A stretch of 64,000 bases of DNA from Alistipes sp. (GTDB taxonomy: Bacteria; Bacteroidota; Bacteroidia; Bacteroidales; Rikenellaceae): NCBI GenBank assembly GCA_017654125.1, contig JAFNYX010000002.1, forward strand, positions 6,188-70,187. The letters are read 5' to 3'. Positions 9,890 to 22,200 of this stretch are shown piece by piece. Under the pieces are notes generated by a model that saw only the letters and a program-made list of their open reading frames with translations, was not told where the DNA came from and searched no databases. Each line of letters opens with the position of its first letter. The first letter of the stretch is position 1. Position numbers and translations under genes: made by a program.

Positions 9890-11137
9890 ATGGGATTTTT
9901 GTTTACATCCGAATCGGTATCGGAAGGTCATCCTGACAAGGTTTCCGACCAGATTTCCGATGCTATTCTTGACGAATTTTTGCGCCGCGACCCATCTTCG
10001 AAAGTCGCTTGCGAGACACTCTGCACAACCGGCTTGGTTGTCGTAGCAGGTGAGGTGCGTTCCGACGCATACGTCGATATTCAGCAGACAGCACGCCGCG
10101 TAATCGAGCGCATAGGTTACAACCGTAGCGAATTACAGTTCGATGCCGCTTCGTGCGGTATTCTTTCGGCCATCCACGAACAGTCGTCCGACATCAATCA
10201 GGGCGTCGTTCGCGCAACCGAGGAGGAGCAGGGCGCCGGCGACCAGGGTATCATGTTTGGCTATGCAACCCGCGAGTCGCGTGAGTTGATGCCGGCAACG
10301 CTCATTCTGTCGCACGTCATTCTCAAAGAGTTGGCAGACATCCGTCGCGAGGGCAAGGTGATGACATATCTACGTCCCGATGCCAAGAGCCAGGTTACAA
10401 TTGAGTACGATGACGAGCGTCATCCGCAGCGCGTACACACGATAGTCGTATCGACACAGCACGACGAGGATGTGGATGCTCCGCAAATCAAGGAGGATGT
10501 TCGCACGATTCTCATTCCGCGCGTTAAGGCACGTTTGGAGCGCGCCAACGACGAATTGGCCACACTCATCGGCGAGGACTATATACTGCACGTAAACCCA
10601 ACGGGCAAATTCGTTATCGGTGGTCCACACGGTGACACGGGTCTTACGGGTCGTAAGATTATTGTCGATACGTACGGCGGTCGTGGTGCACACGGTGGCG
10701 GTGCTTTCTCGGGTAAGGACTCGTCGAAGGTGGACCGTTCGGCAGCATACGCAGCACGTCACATCGCAAAGAATATGGTTGCAGCAGGCGTTGCAGATGA
10801 AGTGCTCGTTCAGTTGAGCTACGCTATCGGTATAGCACAGCCACTCTCGATTTATGTCGATACATACGGCACAAACCACCTCTCGATTAGTGAGGGTGAG
10901 ATTGCCGAGCGTATTGGTCGTCTGTTCGATTTACGCCCTGCAAGCATCGTGCGTCGTTTCGGTCTGAACAACCCGATTTTCGAACCAACCGCATCGTACG
11001 GTCACTTCGGCAATCGTTCGTACATCAAGCCGGTTACATTCATCGAAAACGGCGTGGAAGTTGAGCGCGAGGTCGAGTTCTTCGGCTGGGAGAAGTTGGA
11101 CGCTGTCGAGCAGATAAAGGCAGAATTCGGATTGTAA
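9890..11137 (+). CDS. metK: S-adenosylmethionine synthetase
   Basis: FTSESVSEGHPDK, GAGDQG and GGGAFSGKD..KVDRS motifs. Confidence 0.99.
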   Translation: MGFLFTSESVSEGHPDKVSDQISDAILDEFLRRDPSSKVACETLCTTGLVVVAGEVRSDAYVDIQQTARRVIERIGYNRSELQFDAASCGILSAIHEQSSDINQGVVRATEEEQGAGDQGIMFGYATRESRELMPATLILSHVILKELADIRREGKVMTYLRPDAKSQVTIEYDDERHPQRVHTIVVSTQHDEDVDAPQIKEDVRTILIPRVKARLERANDELATLIGEDYILHVNPTGKFVIGGPHGDTGLTGRKIIVDTYGGRGAHGGGAFSGKDSSKVDRSAAYAARHIAKNMVAAGVADEVLVQLSYAIGIAQPLSIYVDTYGTNHLSISEGEIAERIGRLFDLRPASIVRRFGLNNPIFEPTASYGHFGNRSYIKPVTFIENGVEVEREVEFFGWEKLDAVEQIKAEFGL

Positions 11138-11155
11138 AATACCGTATCAATACAC

Positions 11156-11195
11156 AAAAAAACACCCCTCACGAAAACGTGAGGGGTGTTTTTTG
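11156..11195. terminator. Bidirectional terminator between metK and purB
   Basis: AAAAAACACCCCTCACG-AAAA-CGTGAGGGGTGTTTTTT. Confidence 0.92.
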
Positions 11196-11214
11196 ATGCG
11201 GTAGGCAAGCGTCA

Positions 11215-12507
11215 CTACAAACCTACGCGATTGAAGATATAATCAACATTCTTCAAGTAGTACTCCAACGTAAAGCAGCCGTCCAATTCCTCACGCGTGA
11301 GTAGCGACGAAACCTTTGCATCGGCTGCGAGCAACTCCTGGTAATCCTCGCGCTCGGCCATCGCACGCATGGCAATCGGCTGAACGGTGTCGTACGCCTC
11401 CTCACGCGACAAACCCTTATCAATCAAGGCATTCATCACACGCTGGGCGAAGATAACCTTACGCGTACGATAGATATTCTCCATCATCACATCCTTAAAG
11501 ACTACAAGGTTATCCAAGATACCCTTAAAGCGGCACAACATATAATCGAGCAGTTCGGTTGCATCCGGCAGGATGATACGCTCGGTTGCCGAGTGCGAAA
11601 TATCACGCTCGTGCCACAACGCAACATTCTCACACGCCGTAGCCATATATCCACGCATCACGCGAGCACAACCACAGATATTCTCGCTACTAATCGGGTT
11701 GCGCTTGTGCGGCATTGCACTCGAACCCTTCTGGCCCTTACCGAACGACTCCTCAACCTCGTGCACCTCAGTGCGTTGCAGATTACGAACTTCGAGCGCC
11801 ATCTGTTCGAGCGACGAAGCGATAACGGCAAGCGTAGCGATATAGTATGCGTGGCGGTCGCGTTGAATGACCTGTGTCGAAATGTTTGCGCTCTCGATGC
11901 CGAGTTTCTCGCATACATAGTCCTGAATCATCGGAGGAATGTTGGCGAAATTACCCACAGCACCGCTGATTTTACCAACCTCAACACCACGTGCTGCCGT
12001 ACGAAAACGCTCCAAGTTGCGCTTCATCTCCTCGTACCACAATGCCCACTTCAAACCGAAACAGGTGATATCAGCGTGAATGCCGTGTGTACGACCGATG
12101 CACGGCGTAGTACGAAACTCGTTGGCACGACGTTTCAACACCTCCAAGAACTCCTCAATATCGCGTTCCAAGATGGTGTTTGCCTGTTTGAGCAAATAAC
12201 CGTTTGCTGTATCTACCACGTCGGTCGAAGTCAAGCCGTAGTGTACCCACTTACGCTCCTCACCGAGCGTTTCGCTCACCGCGCGAGTGAATGCAACGAT
12301 ATCGTGACGGGTCTGCTCCTCAATCTCCTTGATGCGGTCGATCGAGAACGATGCCTTCTCCCACAACTTCGCAACATCCTCCTTCGGCACTACCCCCAAC
12401 TCGCTCCACGCCTCCGAAGCGAGAATCTCAACCTTCAAATAGGCGTTGAATTTGTTTTGCTCGGTCCATACGTTACGCATAACCTCGCGACTGTATCTTT
12501 CAATCAT
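11215..12507 (-). CDS. purB: Adenylosuccinate lyase (Bacillus-type, 430 aa)
   Basis: MIERYSR start; [19 protein letters not shown] and [10 protein letters not shown] motifs. Confidence 0.98.
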   Translation of the reverse strand: MIERYSREVMRNVWTEQNKFNAYLKVEILASEAWSELGVVPKEDVAKLWEKASFSIDRIKEIEEQTRHDIVAFTRAVSETLGEERKWVHYGLTSTDVVDTANGYLLKQANTILERDIEEFLEVLKRRANEFRTTPCIGRTHGIHADITCFGLKWALWYEEMKRNLERFRTAARGVEVGKISGAVGNFANIPPMIQDYVCEKLGIESANISTQVIQRDRHAYYIATLAVIASSLEQMALEVRNLQRTEVHEVEESFGKGQKGSSAMPHKRNPISSENICGCARVMRGYMATACENVALWHERDISHSATERIILPDATELLDYMLCRFKGILDNLVVFKDVMMENIYRTRKVIFAQRVMNALIDKGLSREEAYDTVQPIAMRAMAEREDYQELLAADAKVSSLLTREELDGCFTLEYYLKNVDYIFNRVGL

Positions 12508-12522
12508 ATTATATTGTGTTTT

Positions 12523-13374
12523 TTATTTATTCACTCTATTCAGGAAGCACTCTATCGTGTTCTGCATCAACATCGTGATAGTCATCGGACCAACACCGCC
12601 GGGTACAGGTGTGATATGTGCCGCTTTATCCTTAACGGCCTCGAAATCGACATCGCCACAAAGTTTACCACTCTCGGCATCGCGATTTACTCCTACGTCA
12701 ATAACGATAGCACCCTCACGCACCATATCGGCCGTAATCATACGTGCACGACCTACGGCTGCAATCAAAATATCGGCCTTCGAGGTCACCTCTGCAAGGT
12801 TTTTCGTACGCGAATGGGCAATCGTAACCGTTGCGTTGGCATCGAGCAACAGTTTTGCCATCGGCTTGCCGACAATATTGCTACGACCAACAACCACTGC
12901 ATTACAGCCTGCCACACAGAAACCACACTCCTCAATCATACGCATAACACCCTTCGGCGTACATGGCTTAATACACGGCTTGCCGAGCCACAGATTCGCA
13001 ACATTGTCCGGATGGAAGCCATCTACATCCTTCTCCAACGCAATGGCATCAATCACGCGCTCCTCGTTAATATGACGAGGCAAAGGCAACTGCACAAGCA
13101 CACCATCAACCGTCTCATCTGCATTCAACTTTGCAATCTCGGCGAGCAACTCCTCCTCCGACACACTCTCCGGCATCGTCGTCAGTATGCTCTCGAAACC
13201 ACACTCGGCACACGCTTTGATTTTACCGCGGACGTACGACTGCGAAGCCGGATTCTCGCCAACCAAAATCACCGCAAGTGAAGGCACACGGCCGTATTGC
13301 TCTTTGAGAGCAACGACTCTCTCCGCCATCTCCGCCTTCAACTTGGCAGAGAGTTGTTTTCCGTCAATAATCAT
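12523..13374 (-). CDS. folD: Methylene-THF dehydrogenase/cyclohydrolase
   Basis: Start MIIDGK at 13374; [27 protein letters not shown] and [11 protein letters not shown] motifs. Confidence 0.97.
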   Translation of the reverse strand: MIIDGKQLSAKLKAEMAERVVALKEQYGRVPSLAVILVGENPASQSYVRGKIKACAECGFESILTTMPESVSEEELLAEIAKLNADETVDGVLVQLPLPRHINEERVIDAIALEKDVDGFHPDNVANLWLGKPCIKPCTPKGVMRMIEECGFCVAGCNAVVVGRSNIVGKPMAKLLLDANATVTIAHSRTKNLAEVTSKADILIAAVGRARMITADMVREGAIVIDVGVNRDAESGKLCGDVDFEAVKDKAAHITPVPGGVGPMTITMLMQNTIECFLNRVNK

Positions 13375-13393
13375 ATCTCTCTCCTTATTTGTT

Positions 13394-14647
13394 TTATTTC
13401 TTAAATGCCTGATAACCGATATCGTTACGATGGAAGAGGTTCTCACACTCAATCTTCTCAATCTCCTTTGCAACATAAGTGTGTGCCTCGGCAAGCGTCG
13501 CAGCACGAGCCACAACAATCATCACTCGACCACCTGCCGTAACGAGCTCTCCACTCTCACGACGAGCCGTACCCATGTGGTATGTCTTTGCCGAAAGCGA
13601 CTCTACGCCACCAATCACGAAGCCCTTATCGTAGCTACCCGGATAACCCTTCGACGCGAGTACTACGCCAAGCGTTGCATCGTCGCTCCACACCGGAGCA
13701 GCAAACTCTTCGCCCGTAGCGATGCCCATGAATGTATCACATATATCGCTATCCATCAACGGCAGGACAACCTCCGTCTCCGGATCACCGAAACGAGCAT
13801 TAAACTCGATTACCTTCACTCCATCCGGCGTCTTCATCAGACCACCATACAGTACGCCCGACAGCGGACAACCCTCCGCCACCATCGCCTTCGCGGTCGG
13901 CAACATAACATGCTTCATCGCCTCGGCAATATCCTCATCTGTGATGAACGGCATACGGGTATATGCACCCATACCGCCCGTATTCGGGCCCTTATCACCA
14001 TCGTAAGCGCGCTTATGATCTTGCGCTACCGGCATCGGAACGACCTTATCGCCATGCACAAAGCACATGAGTGAAAACTCTGGACCTGTCAGAAAATCCT
14101 CCACTACGACACGGCCCTGACCGAAACTCGCATCAAGCAACATATCACGCAACGCAGCGTCTGCCTCTTCAATGCTCATCGCCACAACCACGCCCTTGCC
14201 AGCAGCCAGACCGTCATATTTCAGCACAATCGGCGCACCTTTACGCTCGACATACGCACGTGCCTGCTCATAGTCGTCGAACGCCTCATAAGCCGCGGTT
14301 GGTATGTCGTACTTGACCATTAACTGCTTGGCAAACTCCTTGCTCGACTCGATACGCGTTGCAGTCTGCGTATGACCGAAAATTTTCAGTCCCGCCTCAC
14401 GGAACGCATCCACAACACCGACAGCCAAAGCCGCCTCCGGGCCTACGACCGTCAAATCAATCGCTTGCGCCACAGCAAACTGCTTCAAGCCAGCAACATC
14501 GGTATCCTTAATCGGCACACACTCGGCCTGCGAAGCAATACCCGCATTGCCCGGTGCACAATATATCTTATCGACCTGTGGCGAACGGCTCAACGCATCT
14601 ACAATAGCGTGTTCGCGTCCACCTGAACCAACGACTAATACTTTCAT
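13394..14647 (-). CDS. purD: Phosphoribosylamine-glycine ligase
   Basis: [33 protein letters not shown] and [10 protein letters not shown] motifs. Confidence 0.98.
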   Translation of the reverse strand: MKVLVVGSGGREHAIVDALSRSPQVDKIYCAPGNAGIASQAECVPIKDTDVAGLKQFAVAQAIDLTVVGPEAALAVGVVDAFREAGLKIFGHTQTATRIESSKEFAKQLMVKYDIPTAAYEAFDDYEQARAYVERKGAPIVLKYDGLAAGKGVVVAMSIEEADAALRDMLLDASFGQGRVVVEDFLTGPEFSLMCFVHGDKVVPMPVAQDHKRAYDGDKGPNTGGMGAYTRMPFITDEDIAEAMKHVMLPTAKAMVAEGCPLSGVLYGGLMKTPDGVKVIEFNARFGDPETEVVLPLMDSDICDTFMGIATGEEFAAPVWSDDATLGVVLASKGYPGSYDKGFVIGGVESLSAKTYHMGTARRESGELVTAGGRVMIVVARAATLAEAHTYVAKEIEKIECENLFHRNDIGYQAFKK

Positions 14648-14730
14648 AGTTTTAGAGTTAAAAATTAAAAGTTATTCTACAACCAATCTTGCAGGTTTGG
14701 AAGAGAAAATATTCCTCCCAAAATTGAAAA

Positions 14731-16263
14731 TTAGTGTTTGAAGTGGCGCATACCCGTAAAGAGCATAGTAACGCCCAACTCGTTTGCCTTCTTGATAGCA
14801 TCCTCGTCACGAATACTGCCACCCGGCTGAACAATAGCCACAACGCCATTCGCAGCTGCAAGCGCTACCGTATCGTCAAACGGAAGGAATCCATCCGAAG
14901 CGAGTACCAAACCTTCGGTAAAGCCCGCTGCGTGTGCCTGCTTCAAGGCAATCTCTGCCGAACCAACTCGATTCATCTGGCCGGCTCCGACACCAACCGT
15001 ATGACCATCCTTCACAACAGCGATAGCGTTTGACTTGACATGCTTAACCACTCGCCAACCGAAATTAAGATCCACCATTTGCTCGGCAGTAGGTCGCACC
15101 TCGGTTACACACATATCCTCAACAACCTGCTTGGTTTCGGTATCGAGTTGCTGAACAAGCAGACCACCATTAACGCTGATATATTGATTAATCTTCTCAC
15201 CCGAACGAGTCATATCGACCTTCAACAGGCGCAGATTCTTCTTCGTCGAGAGGATTTCGAGTGCTTCGGCCGAGAACGACGGAGCCATAACGATTTCAAG
15301 GAAAATAGGTTTCATGCCGAGGGCCACCTCTGCTGTGAGTTCACGGTTTACGGCAACAATACCGCCATAGATGCTCACCTTATCTGCCTCGTAAGCAGCC
15401 GACCATGCCTCTTCGATGGTTGCACCAACTGCCGCACCACAAGGATTCATATGTTTGAGCGCAACACAGAACGGCTCCTCAAACTCGCGCACGATATTGA
15501 GCGCAGCATTAGCATCTTGAATATTGTTATACGAGAGTTCCTTGCCACCCAACTGCTCGGCATACGCAAGCGAAAATGCGCGAGTCTGATTGTCACGATA
15601 GAAGGTTGCGCTCTGGTGAGGATTCTCGCCATAACGAAGACCCTGCTGAACATCAAACTGCAAGAACAGTTTCTCCGGCAGACCAGCCTTATCGCGCATA
15701 AACGTAGCGATACATGCATCATACTCAGCCGTATGGGTATATGCCTTTGCCGAGAGCGACAAACGGGTTTCGAGCGACGTGTTGCCCTGCTCGCTAATCT
15801 CGGCAAGCACCTTTGCATAATCTGCCGGATCGCAAACAACCGTTACATCGCGATAGTTTTTCGCCGCACTACGCAACATCGAAGGGCCGCCGATATCAAT
15901 ATTCTCAATGGCATCCTCCATCGAAACACCCTCCTTTGCGATAGTCTCACGGAACGGATAGAGGTTTACACATACCATATCGATAAAACTGATGCCGTTC
16001 TCGCGCAATGCTGCCAGATGGCTCTCATCATCACGACGCGCCAACAGGCCACCATGCACCTTCGGATGCAGAGTCTTTACACGACCATCGCAAATCTCCG
16101 GAAAACCCGTAACATCGCTGATACCGATTGTTTTGATACCCTTCTCCTCCAACAGACGCTGTGTTCCGCCCGTCGCAATAATCTCCCAACCGAGAGATTG
16201 CAGACCGCCGACAAACTCGACCAATCCACTCTTGTCGCTTACGCTGACTAACGCTCTTTTCAT
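14731..16263 (-). CDS. purH: Bifunctional AICAR transformylase/IMP cyclohydrolase
   Basis: RALVSVSDK, GRVKTLHP, IDIGGPSM, RYGENPHQ, QPGGS..D and the C-terminal RHFKH. Confidence 0.98.
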   Translation of the reverse strand: MKRALVSVSDKSGLVEFVGGLQSLGWEIIATGGTQRLLEEKGIKTIGISDVTGFPEICDGRVKTLHPKVHGGLLARRDDESHLAALRENGISFIDMVCVNLYPFRETIAKEGVSMEDAIENIDIGGPSMLRSAAKNYRDVTVVCDPADYAKVLAEISEQGNTSLETRLSLSAKAYTHTAEYDACIATFMRDKAGLPEKLFLQFDVQQGLRYGENPHQSATFYRDNQTRAFSLAYAEQLGGKELSYNNIQDANAALNIVREFEEPFCVALKHMNPCGAAVGATIEEAWSAAYEADKVSIYGGIVAVNRELTAEVALGMKPIFLEIVMAPSFSAEALEILSTKKNLRLLKVDMTRSGEKINQYISVNGGLLVQQLDTETKQVVEDMCVTEVRPTAEQMVDLNFGWRVVKHVKSNAIAVVKDGHTVGVGAGQMNRVGSAEIALKQAHAAGFTEGLVLASDGFLPFDDTVALAAANGVVAIVQPGGSIRDEDAIKKANELGVTMLFTGMRHFKH

Positions 16264-16267
16264 CTTT

Positions 16268-16825
16268 CTATAATAATTTCTTAATTGTTTCTACATAAAG
16301 TTTGTGTTCTATTCGCTGTCCGATACGATGCACCTCTTCGGCATCGTTACCATCGTACTCGAAGGCTCGTTGGGCAATAATGCGACCGCCATCGAGCGAT
16401 GCATCCACCCAATGAATCGTAATACCAAAAACCTTAACACCGTATTCAATTGCCTGCTCGACGGCACGTGCTCCACGAAACGCAGGTAGTAGCGACGGAT
16501 GGATATTTATGATTCGACCGCCGTATGCGCCCAGCAACGTATCACCCACGATACGCATATAACCTGCCAAGCAGACTAAATCGACCTTCGCCTCATCAAG
16601 CAACGCGACAATGCGCTGCTCGTACTCCGCCTTCGAAGCGTAATCCTTTGCCGAAAAGACCAACGACGGCACACCAAAACGCTCGGCACGGGCAATGACA
16701 CCCGCTCCTGGCTTATCGCAGACCATGAGCACCAACTCGGCTGGAATATCGCCACAAGCACAAGCTGTCGCTATCGCTTCGAAATTGCTTCCCTCGCCAC
16801 TCGCAAATACGGCAATTCGCTTCAT
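16268..16825 (-). CDS. purN: Phosphoribosylglycinamide formyltransferase
   Basis: ASGEGSNF, LAGYMRI and NIHPSLLP motifs. Confidence 0.97.
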   Translation of the reverse strand: MKRIAVFASGEGSNFEAIATACACGDIPAELVLMVCDKPGAGVIARAERFGVPSLVFSAKDYASKAEYEQRIVALLDEAKVDLVCLAGYMRIVGDTLLGAYGGRIINIHPSLLPAFRGARAVEQAIEYGVKVFGITIHWVDASLDGGRIIAQRAFEYDGNDAEEVHRIGQRIEHKLYVETIKKLL

Positions 16826-16829
16826 ATTC

Positions 16830-17855
16830 CTACTCGATTACGACGCCCTCCGTAGCCGTTACACGACCAATAACCGAGGCACGCTCGCCTGCGGCTGTCA
16901 AAATATCGATTGCCTTTTGTGCCTCGCTCTCATCGAGAACGGCAACCATTCCGATACCCATATTGAAGATGTTGAACATCTCGCGATGAGGGATGCCACC
17001 CCACTTTTCCAAAGCGCGGAATACCGGCAAAATCTCCCACGAGCCCTCGTTGATATGCAGGCCCTGACCATCGTGCAACACGCGAGGAATATTCTCATCG
17101 AAACCGCCACCCGTAATATGGCAGATACCATGAACGTCACACTCGCGGATAACCTCCAACATCTGACGCACGTAAATCTTGGTCGGCGTAAGGAGCACCT
17201 CACCCAAAACGCGACCATCCAACTCGTCATACGACGCATTCAAATCGAGTGCATTGTCCGCAACAACCTTGCGAACCAAACTGAAACCATTGGAATGGAC
17301 ACCGCTCGATGCAACGCCAACCAGCACATCACCGACTTTGACCTTCGAGCCATCGATTAAGCGCGACTTCTCCACCACACCGCACGTAAAACCGGCGATA
17401 TCGTAATCGCCACCCTCGTACATGCCCGGCATCTCAGCCGTCTCGCCACCAATCAAGGCGCAACCCGCCTGACGGCAACCCTCCGCAACACCGGCAACAA
17501 TCTGCTCGACCTTCTCCGGAATATTGTGACCCAAAGCCACATAGTCAAGGAAGAACAACGGCTCGGCGCCCTGTGCCAGCACATCGTTTACGCACATTGC
17601 CACAGCATCAATACCGATGGTATCGTGCTTATCCATCGCAAATGCGAGTTTGAGTTTCGTACCAACGCCATCCGTACCGCTGACCAGCACCGGCTCCTTT
17701 ACGCCGAGCGACGCAAGGTCAAACATGCCGCCAAATGCGCCAATGTTACCCATCACACCCGCGCGCGCGGTCGATGCAACGTGTTGTTTGATGCGGCGTA
17801 CCACTTCGTAGCCCGCTTCGAGGTTTACACCTGCTTTTTCGTAATTTACTGCCAT
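16830..17855 (-). CDS. purM: AIR synthetase
   Basis: [38 protein letters not shown] and FNMGIG motifs. Confidence 0.98.
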   Translation of the reverse strand: MAVNYEKAGVNLEAGYEVVRRIKQHVASTARAGVMGNIGAFGGMFDLASLGVKEPVLVSGTDGVGTKLKLAFAMDKHDTIGIDAVAMCVNDVLAQGAEPLFFLDYVALGHNIPEKVEQIVAGVAEGCRQAGCALIGGETAEMPGMYEGGDYDIAGFTCGVVEKSRLIDGSKVKVGDVLVGVASSGVHSNGFSLVRKVVADNALDLNASYDELDGRVLGEVLLTPTKIYVRQMLEVIRECDVHGICHITGGGFDENIPRVLHDGQGLHINEGSWEILPVFRALEKWGGIPHREMFNIFNMGIGMVAVLDESEAQKAIDILTAAGERASVIGRVTATEGVVIE

Positions 17856-17868
17856 CTCTTATATTTTT

Positions 17869-19233
17869 TTATTTATTTGCATCTTCGATAGATTTATAAA
17901 TCGGGGTCGGATACTTACCGTCGAAACAAGCCAGACACATATCCGTACGACCTTGTGCCGAACGAAGCGTCGCATCGTACGAAAGGAATGCCAACGAATC
18001 GGCTCCAATCTGCTTGCACGCCTCCTCAACCGACATACGTGCCAACATCAGCTCGTCGAGCGTCGATGTATCCACGCCATAGAAGCACGGATGCGTCATC
18101 GTCGGGCTTGCAATACGCACGTGCACTTCGGTAGCACCTGCCCAACGCAACATATCGACAATGCGGCGTGACGTCGTACCTCGCACAATCGAGTCATCGA
18201 CCAGCACCACTCGCTTACCATTCACAATCGAGCGCACCGGCGAGAGTTTCATTCGCACACCCTTCTCGCGCAACTTCTGCGACGGCTGGATAAACGTACG
18301 ACCGACATATTTATTCTTGATAAGTCCCATCTCGTACGGCATACCGCTCGCTTCACTGTAACCCTGCGCAGCACTCAAACTCGAATCCGGCACACCTACC
18401 ACAATATCCGCCTCAACCGGTGCCTCCTTATAGAGAAGGCGACCCGACGCCTTACGATATGCGTGGACGTTACACCCCTCGATATCGCTATCCGGACGAG
18501 CAAAGTAGATATACTCCATGGCGCACATCTTACACTTGCACTCCTGCGAGTATAACGACGAACGGACACCCTTCTTGTCGATTGTCACCACCTCGCCCGG
18601 TACCACATCACGCACAAACTCGGCGCCAACAGCATCGAAAGCACATGTCTCGCTGCTGACGATATAACCATCGCCAATCTTTCCGATGGAAAGCGGATGG
18701 AAACCATACTTATCTCGGCAGGCATAGATGCGATTTTTGGTCATTATTAGGAATGCAAACGCACCCTCCATCTCATTCAGCGCATTGATTATCGAGAAGA
18801 TTCGCGGTTCCTCCGGATTATCCTTCTTGATAAGATGCGCAAACAACTCCGCATCGGAGTGTGTATGAAACAATGAGCCGCGACGCTCCAAACACTCGGT
18901 GAGCAACTCCGCATTCACAATATTTCCATTATGCGCCAACGCAAAATCGCCCGAGCCGTGATGGAAATAGAACGGCTGGATATTATCCATACTTCGCGCA
19001 CCCGCTCCCGTATAGAGGACGTGACCAATACCCAAGTGGCCCTCCAAATCATTAATTTTCTGTTCGTTGAACACCTCCGTCACAAGACCTGCACCGCGAT
19101 GGCGCTTCATTTTGCCTTCGGCATTCACACAGACCATTCCGCAGCCCTCCTGACCACGATGCTGCATTGCATGCAGACCATAATAGATTATGGACGAAAC
19201 GTGCTCAACGCCATAAACACCCAATACACTCAT
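17869..19233 (-). CDS. purF: Amidophosphoribosyltransferase-like protein lacking the N-terminal catalytic Cys
   Basis: QHRGQE, AHNGN, EYIYFARPDS, VDDSIVRGTT and Fe-S cysteines (C-AMEY, CFYG, CLAC) are present. The protein begins MSVLG instead of CGV/IFG. Confidence 0.93.
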   Translation of the reverse strand: MSVLGVYGVEHVSSIIYYGLHAMQHRGQEGCGMVCVNAEGKMKRHRGAGLVTEVFNEQKINDLEGHLGIGHVLYTGAGARSMDNIQPFYFHHGSGDFALAHNGNIVNAELLTECLERRGSLFHTHSDAELFAHLIKKDNPEEPRIFSIINALNEMEGAFAFLIMTKNRIYACRDKYGFHPLSIGKIGDGYIVSSETCAFDAVGAEFVRDVVPGEVVTIDKKGVRSSLYSQECKCKMCAMEYIYFARPDSDIEGCNVHAYRKASGRLLYKEAPVEADIVVGVPDSSLSAAQGYSEASGMPYEMGLIKNKYVGRTFIQPSQKLREKGVRMKLSPVRSIVNGKRVVLVDDSIVRGTTSRRIVDMLRWAGATEVHVRIASPTMTHPCFYGVDTSTLDELMLARMSVEEACKQIGADSLAFLSYDATLRSAQGRTDMCLACFDGKYPTPIYKSIEDANK

Positions 19234-19261
19234 ACTCTTATATCCTTTCCTAACCTATATG

Positions 19262-22200
19262 CTATTTACCTTGAAAATAACGCACCGCGTTTTCGAATAT
19301 GTTCTGTTGCTTCTCGCCAGCGATATTCTTGAACAGGCCCTCCGTATAACGCTCCGTATGGCCCATCTTACCAAGGATGTGTCCGTCGCGACTAATGATG
19401 CCCTCGATACCGTACGACGAGCCGTTCGGATTGAACGGAGCATCGGTCGTCGGTGCACCCGCAGCATCGGCATATTGGAATGCCACCTGTCCATTCTCGA
19501 AGAGTTCGCGTGCAAACTGCTCGCTTACGACAAACTTACCCTCACCGTGGCTCACTGCAATCGAATGCAGATCACCCACCTCGAACGACGAGAGCCAAGG
19601 CGATGCCGTCGTTCCGACGCGCGTCGTGACAATTTGCGAGATATGACGATGGATGTCGTTATGGAACAGCGTTGGCGACTCTTTCGTCACCATACCCAGA
19701 CGACCGTAAGGCAACAAGCCCGACTTAACAAGCGCCTGGAAACCGTTACATATACCGAGCATCAGACCGCCTCGGTCAAGCAATGCATGTACCGAACGGG
19801 TTACCGCTGCGTTATTCAATACGCTGGCAATAAACTTACCGCTGCCATCCGGCTCATCACCGAGCGAGAAACCGCCACTGAGGACCAAAATATGGCTCTC
19901 GTCAATCTTGCGGCACAGCGTCTCGATAGAGTCCATAATCGCCTCGCCCGTCAGATTGCGGAATACAAAAATATCGGTCGAAGCACCGGCACGCTCGAAA
20001 GCTCGTGCCGTATCGTAGTCGCAGTTCGTGCCAGGGAATACCGGCAAGCAGACTTTAACCTCCTCGACCGGCTCGCCCTCATACTTTGCCGATTTGCGGT
20101 TGCAATCACCTGCGATTGTTACGCCTCCCGCAAGACCGCGCGACGGATATACCTTCTCGAATTTTGCGGTATTTGCCTCGTAAAGCGCCTCCAACGAGAA
20201 CTTTTCGCCAAGCACCTCAATACACTTCTCTTCGGTCGTATAACCGACGAGCAGAGCATTCTCAAAGGTGAGTGGCTCGATGCTCTGAACGAGAATAGAG
20301 CCATACGAGTAGTCGAAAAGTGTTGACTCATCACACGTAAGCGTTGCACCAATCTCGTTACCAAACGACATCTTGGCAACCGCCTCCGCAACACCACCAA
20401 AACCGATAGCGTAGCCCGCAACGACGTTTCCGCGCTCAATCTCCGCGGTTACGGCATTGAAGTTCGCCTTCAAAGCATCCGTATTCGGAGTCCAATCAGC
20501 ATTAGGGGTATGCTTAACGAGATAGAGGTACTTGCCCGTCTGCTTAAATTCAGGACTTATAGCCTTACGCGAATCGAGCGTTGTAATACCGAACGCAATA
20601 AGCGTAGGCGGCACCTTAATATCATTGAACGTACCACTCATCGAATCCTTACCACCAATCGATGGCAAACCGAGTGCCGACTGCATACGCAACGCTCCGA
20701 GCAGAGCCGACATCGGCTTACCCCACGAACGAGCATCACCCATGCGCTCGAAATACTCCTGATACGAGAATCGCATCTTTCCATACGCACCACCTGCGGC
20801 AACAACCTTCGCACATGCTTCAACAACGGCATACTGCGCTCCATGATAAGGGCTCCACGCCGAAATGTATGGATTGAAACCGAACGCCATAACACTCGCC
20901 GTCGATGTCTTGCCGTGACGGACAGGCAGCGTCTGCATCGAGACCTGTGTCTCGGTGCGCTGTGTGCGACCTCCGAACGGCATCAGCACCGTCGAAGCAC
21001 CGATAGTCGAGTCGAACATCTCTATAAGGCCCTTCTGCGAAACAACATTCCAATCCGAAAGCGTACGCTCCATCTTCTCAGCAAGCGTTGAGCCCTCAAC
21101 CGGACGGGCAAACGGATTCTTCTGTTCAACCGCACCCAGACAAATTTCGGTATAGTGCTTTGCACCCGCACTATCGATAAAGTCGCGACGCAAATCAACA
21201 ATCTTCTCTCCGTGGAAGAACATACGCATACGCGACGTGTCGGTAACATCGGCAACGTGCGTAACCTCTACATTCTCCTCGGCGCACAACTCCATCATGC
21301 GCTCCATATCGCCACGCTCGACAACCACCGCCATACGCTCCTGCGACTCGCTGATGGCCAACTCCGTCGAGTTCAAACCACTATACTTAACCGGCACACG
21401 GTCGAGATAGATATCCAAACCATCGGTCAACTCACCGATAGCCACACTCACACCTCCGGCACCAAAGTCGTTCGACTTCTTGATAAGACGTGTCACGTCG
21501 GCACGACGGAACAGGTGCTGAATCTTGCGCTCCTCCGGCGCATTACCTTTCTGCACCTCCGAACCACACTCTTCGAGCGATGCTGCGGTGTGCTGTTTCG
21601 ATGAACCCGTAGCTCCACCGATACCGTCACGACCCGTACGGCCTCCCATGAGCAGCACCACATCACCCGGAGCAGGACTCTCGCGGCGAACATTCTCCGC
21701 CTTAACTGCACCGACAACCGCACCAACCTCCAAACGCTTGGCTACATAGTTTTCGTGATATATCTCGCGAACGTGGGTCGTAGCCAAACCAATTTGGTTA
21801 CCATAGCTCGAATATCCGGCTGCCGCCTTACGGCTGATGACACGCTGCGGAAGTTTGCCCGCAAGCGTTTCCGAAATACCTTTATATATATCGCCCGCAC
21901 CCGTTACACGCATCGCCTGATAGACATACGCACGACCCGACAGCGGGTCACGGATGGCTCCACCCAAACAGGTCGAAGCACCACCAAACGGCTCGATTTC
22001 GGTCGGGTGGTTATGCGTCTCGTTCTTGAACTGCAAGAGCCACTTCTCGCTCTGGCCTTCAACATCCACATCTACGAAGATGCTACAAGCGTTATTCTCC
22101 TCGCTCTGCTCCATGTCGTCGAGCAAGCCCTTATGACGCAGATAGCGCGCACCGATGGTAGCAATCTCCATTAGGCACAAACTCTTATGTTCGCGACCCA

